Part shown: in pieces, positions 22,242 through 24,000 of the stretch
How the letters are laid out: every line of letters starts with the position of its first letter
Position numbering within the stretch: position 1 is the first letter of the stretch
Source of the DNA: Psychromonas ossibalaenae ATCC BAA-1528
Lineage (GTDB): Bacteria; Pseudomonadota; Gammaproteobacteria; Enterobacterales; Psychromonadaceae
DNA length: 24,000 nucleotides
Assembly: GCF_000381745.1 (NCBI RefSeq)
Contig: NZ_KB906975.1
Span: forward strand, 23,441 to 47,440
Reading direction: 5' to 3'
Made by a program: the position numbers and the translations under genes
Notes under the pieces: model-generated
Told to the model about the DNA's origin: nothing
Databases searched by the model: none
The model's input: only the letters and a program-made list of their open reading frames with translations

Positions 22242-22267
22242 AAGGCGAAGCGTTAACGCTTCGCCTT
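22242..22267 (-). terminator. 26-bp perfect palindrome with downstream T-rich tail between the dehydrogenase gene and nspC
   Basis: AAGGCGAAGCG-TTAA-CGCTTCGCCTT. Minus strand continues CTTTTTATTTT. Confidence 0.85.
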
Positions 22268-22284
22268 AATGCTGTATTTGTTTA

Positions 22285-23502
22285 TTAAGCTTCTAACTCT
22301 TGAACCTGCCAGGTTAGACCGATACGCGGCATCAGATCTAAGAAGTGATCCGGATTAAGCTGTTCAACATTATAAAGACCTACATCACTCCATTTATTCT
22401 GGAAGTAAAGCAGGGCTGCTGTAATTGCCGGAACACCTGTGGTGTATGAGATAGCCTGGTGTTCAACTTCAATATACGACTCTTTATGGTCGCAAATATT
22501 GTAGATAAACACACTTTTCGCTTTACCCTCTTTTTTACCGCGAACCCAGGTACCGATACAGGTTTTACCCGTATAACCCGGTGCAAGAGAAGTCGGATCC
22601 GGCAGCATCGCTTTTAATACTTTAAGCGGTTCAACGGTAATGCCGTCAACGGTAGTAACCGGCTCAACATTTAATAAACCGATATCACGCATGACGTTAA
22701 AGTAGTTCAGGTAAGTATCAGAGAACCCCATCCAGAATTCGATACGTTTAGCTGGAATAAACTCAGCCATTGAACGTACTTCATCGTGTGCCATTGAGTA
22801 CACTTTCTGCTTGCCGACAACCGGGAAATCAAATTCCATCATACGGCTGTGACACGGCACGCTTTTCCATTCCTGGTTCTCGTAGTAGAACGAGTCGCCT
22901 TGAATTTCTAACATGTTGGTTTCAGGATCAAAGTTAGTAGCAAATTTTTGACCGTGGTCCCCGGCATTGACATCCATTACATCGATGCTGTCAATCTCAT
23001 CAAATAGATGTTTATGTGCGTAAGTTGCAAATACGCTCACTACACCCGGATCAAAACCGGCACCTAAAATACCTGTGATACCCGCTTCTTTAAAACGCTG
23101 TGCAAATGCCCATTGCGGATCGTAGGCTTCTGGAACCTGCTGCCCGGGGCTGCATAAATCAGTGGCAACAGACGTATCAAGATAAGCTGTTTTAGTCTGC
23201 ACACAGGCTTCCATAATTGCCACGTTTACCCAGGGAGGGCCGGCGTTAATTAACAGATCCGGTTTTACCTGGTTGATCAGTGCTACTAATGCTTCAACAT
23301 TATCTGCATCAATTTTTAATGCTTCCAGTTTCTTAGTGGTGTCTTTAAGGTTATTACGGCCTTTAATCGAAGTAATGATTTTTTCACACTTTGAAAGAGT
23401 ACGTGAAGCGATAGTGATATCACCAAATACATCATTGTTTTGCGCACATTTATGAGCAATAACCCAGCCGACGCCGCCGGCGCCAATTTGTAATACAGAC
23501 AT
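22285..23502 (-). CDS. Carboxynorspermidine dehydrogenase/synthase (saccharopine dehydrogenase family)
   Basis: N-terminal Rossmann motif VLQIGAGGVGWVIAHKCAQN, INAGPPWVN, GAGFDPGVVSVF; operonic with nspC. Confidence 0.94.
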   Translation of the reverse strand: MSVLQIGAGGVGWVIAHKCAQNNDVFGDITIASRTLSKCEKIITSIKGRNNLKDTTKKLEALKIDADNVEALVALINQVKPDLLINAGPPWVNVAIMEACVQTKTAYLDTSVATDLCSPGQQVPEAYDPQWAFAQRFKEAGITGILGAGFDPGVVSVFATYAHKHLFDEIDSIDVMDVNAGDHGQKFATNFDPETNMLEIQGDSFYYENQEWKSVPCHSRMMEFDFPVVGKQKVYSMAHDEVRSMAEFIPAKRIEFWMGFSDTYLNYFNVMRDIGLLNVEPVTTVDGITVEPLKVLKAMLPDPTSLAPGYTGKTCIGTWVRGKKEGKAKSVFIYNICDHKESYIEVEHQAISYTTGVPAITAALLYFQNKWSDVGLYNVEQLNPDHFLDLMPRIGLTWQVQELEA

Positions 23503-23503
23503 G

Positions 23504-24000
23504 TTATAAAGCCTTATTAGTTAGTAATTTTGCATGAGATTCGATTTTTGCAAATAACGAATCAAAATCGCTTAATGTTAAACACGGGTTTAACAGAGTA
23601 AATTTAAGATACAATTTGCCGTTAACTTTGGTTTCTGCGATAACCGCATCGCCGCTGGTTAACAGCTGCAGACGCAATGTCTGATGCAGTTGATTGAACT
23701 CACCGCTGCTAAGTGAACCTTGGTAGTGACTGCTTAAACGGAACAAAACCGTTGACAGCAGCGGCTCACAACACAGTTCAAAATGATCATTTTCTTTGAC
23801 TGAATCTGCAACCTGTGCGCTTAGTTCGATTAATTTATCGTACATTTCACCCAGTGTTTGTGCGCCGACGCTTTTTAGGGTCATAAACATTTTCAGAGCA
23901 TCAAAACGCTTGGTGGTTGCGATACTTTTATCAACCAGGTTAGGCAGCTCGTCACCTTCGCGGTTGAGATAATCGGCATGATAAAGCAGACTGCTAAAGT
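23504..24000 (-). CDS. C-terminal part of a PLP-dependent group II decarboxylase, probably L-2,4-diaminobutyrate decarboxylase; truncated by window edge
   Basis: The frame is open past the listed ATG(23890) to the window edge (FSSLLYHADYLNREGDELPNLVDKSIATTKRFDALKMFMTLKSVG...). The stop lies 1 nt from the next start codon, in the order decarboxylase-dehydrogenase-nspC. Confidence 0.85.
   Translation of the reverse strand, partial: FSSLLYHADYLNREGDELPNLVDKSIATTKRFDALKMFMTLKSVGAQTLGEMYDKLIELSAQVADSVKENDHFELCCEPLLSTVLFRLSSHYQGSLSSGEFNQLHQTLRLQLLTSGDAVIAETKVNGKLYLKFTLLNPCLTLSDFDSLFAKIESHAKLLTNKAL

Noticed and set aside
23504-23890. Standalone 128-aa protein
   Set aside because: The frame stays open past the listed start to the window edge with decarboxylase-like sequence, so this is a C-terminal fragment of a larger gene.

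Overview
The window looks like a marine gammaproteobacterial chromosome segment. Genus was not determined; Psychromonas-like is only a guess. (1) 5' edge: a VWA-domain protein (5'-truncated) ending in LPQTG + TM, followed by a class GN-type sortase, then an MSHA-like type IV prepilin. (2) Core, ~2.8-21 kb: an expanded, rearranged version of the E. coli ygjH-ebgR-ebgA-ebgC-ygjI-ygjJ-ygjK block. It contains ygjH, two ebgR-like LacI regulators, ebgA, ebgC, two ygjI-like APC permeases, ygjJ and two ygjK GH63 glucosidases, and both YgjK copies carry lipoboxes. (3) 3' edge: a norspermidine biosynthesis operon on the minus strand (diaminobutyrate decarboxylase fragment, carboxynorspermidine dehydrogenase, nspC). 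Intergenic regions hold strong terminators, recurring TTTTACTAAAA and TTTAACTAAAT motifs near the regulators and their likely targets, a perfect 19-bp-arm palindrome, tandem hairpins and a possible 34-aa membrane microprotein. No CRISPR array, rRNA, tRNA, IS element or recognisable defence system was seen. The best candidate for an under-described system is the duplicated ebg/ygj glycan locus; a speculative substrate is Glc-alpha1,2-Gal-beta-linked (collagen hydroxylysine-type) glycans. Family calls rest on remembered E. coli and family sequences, not a database search.
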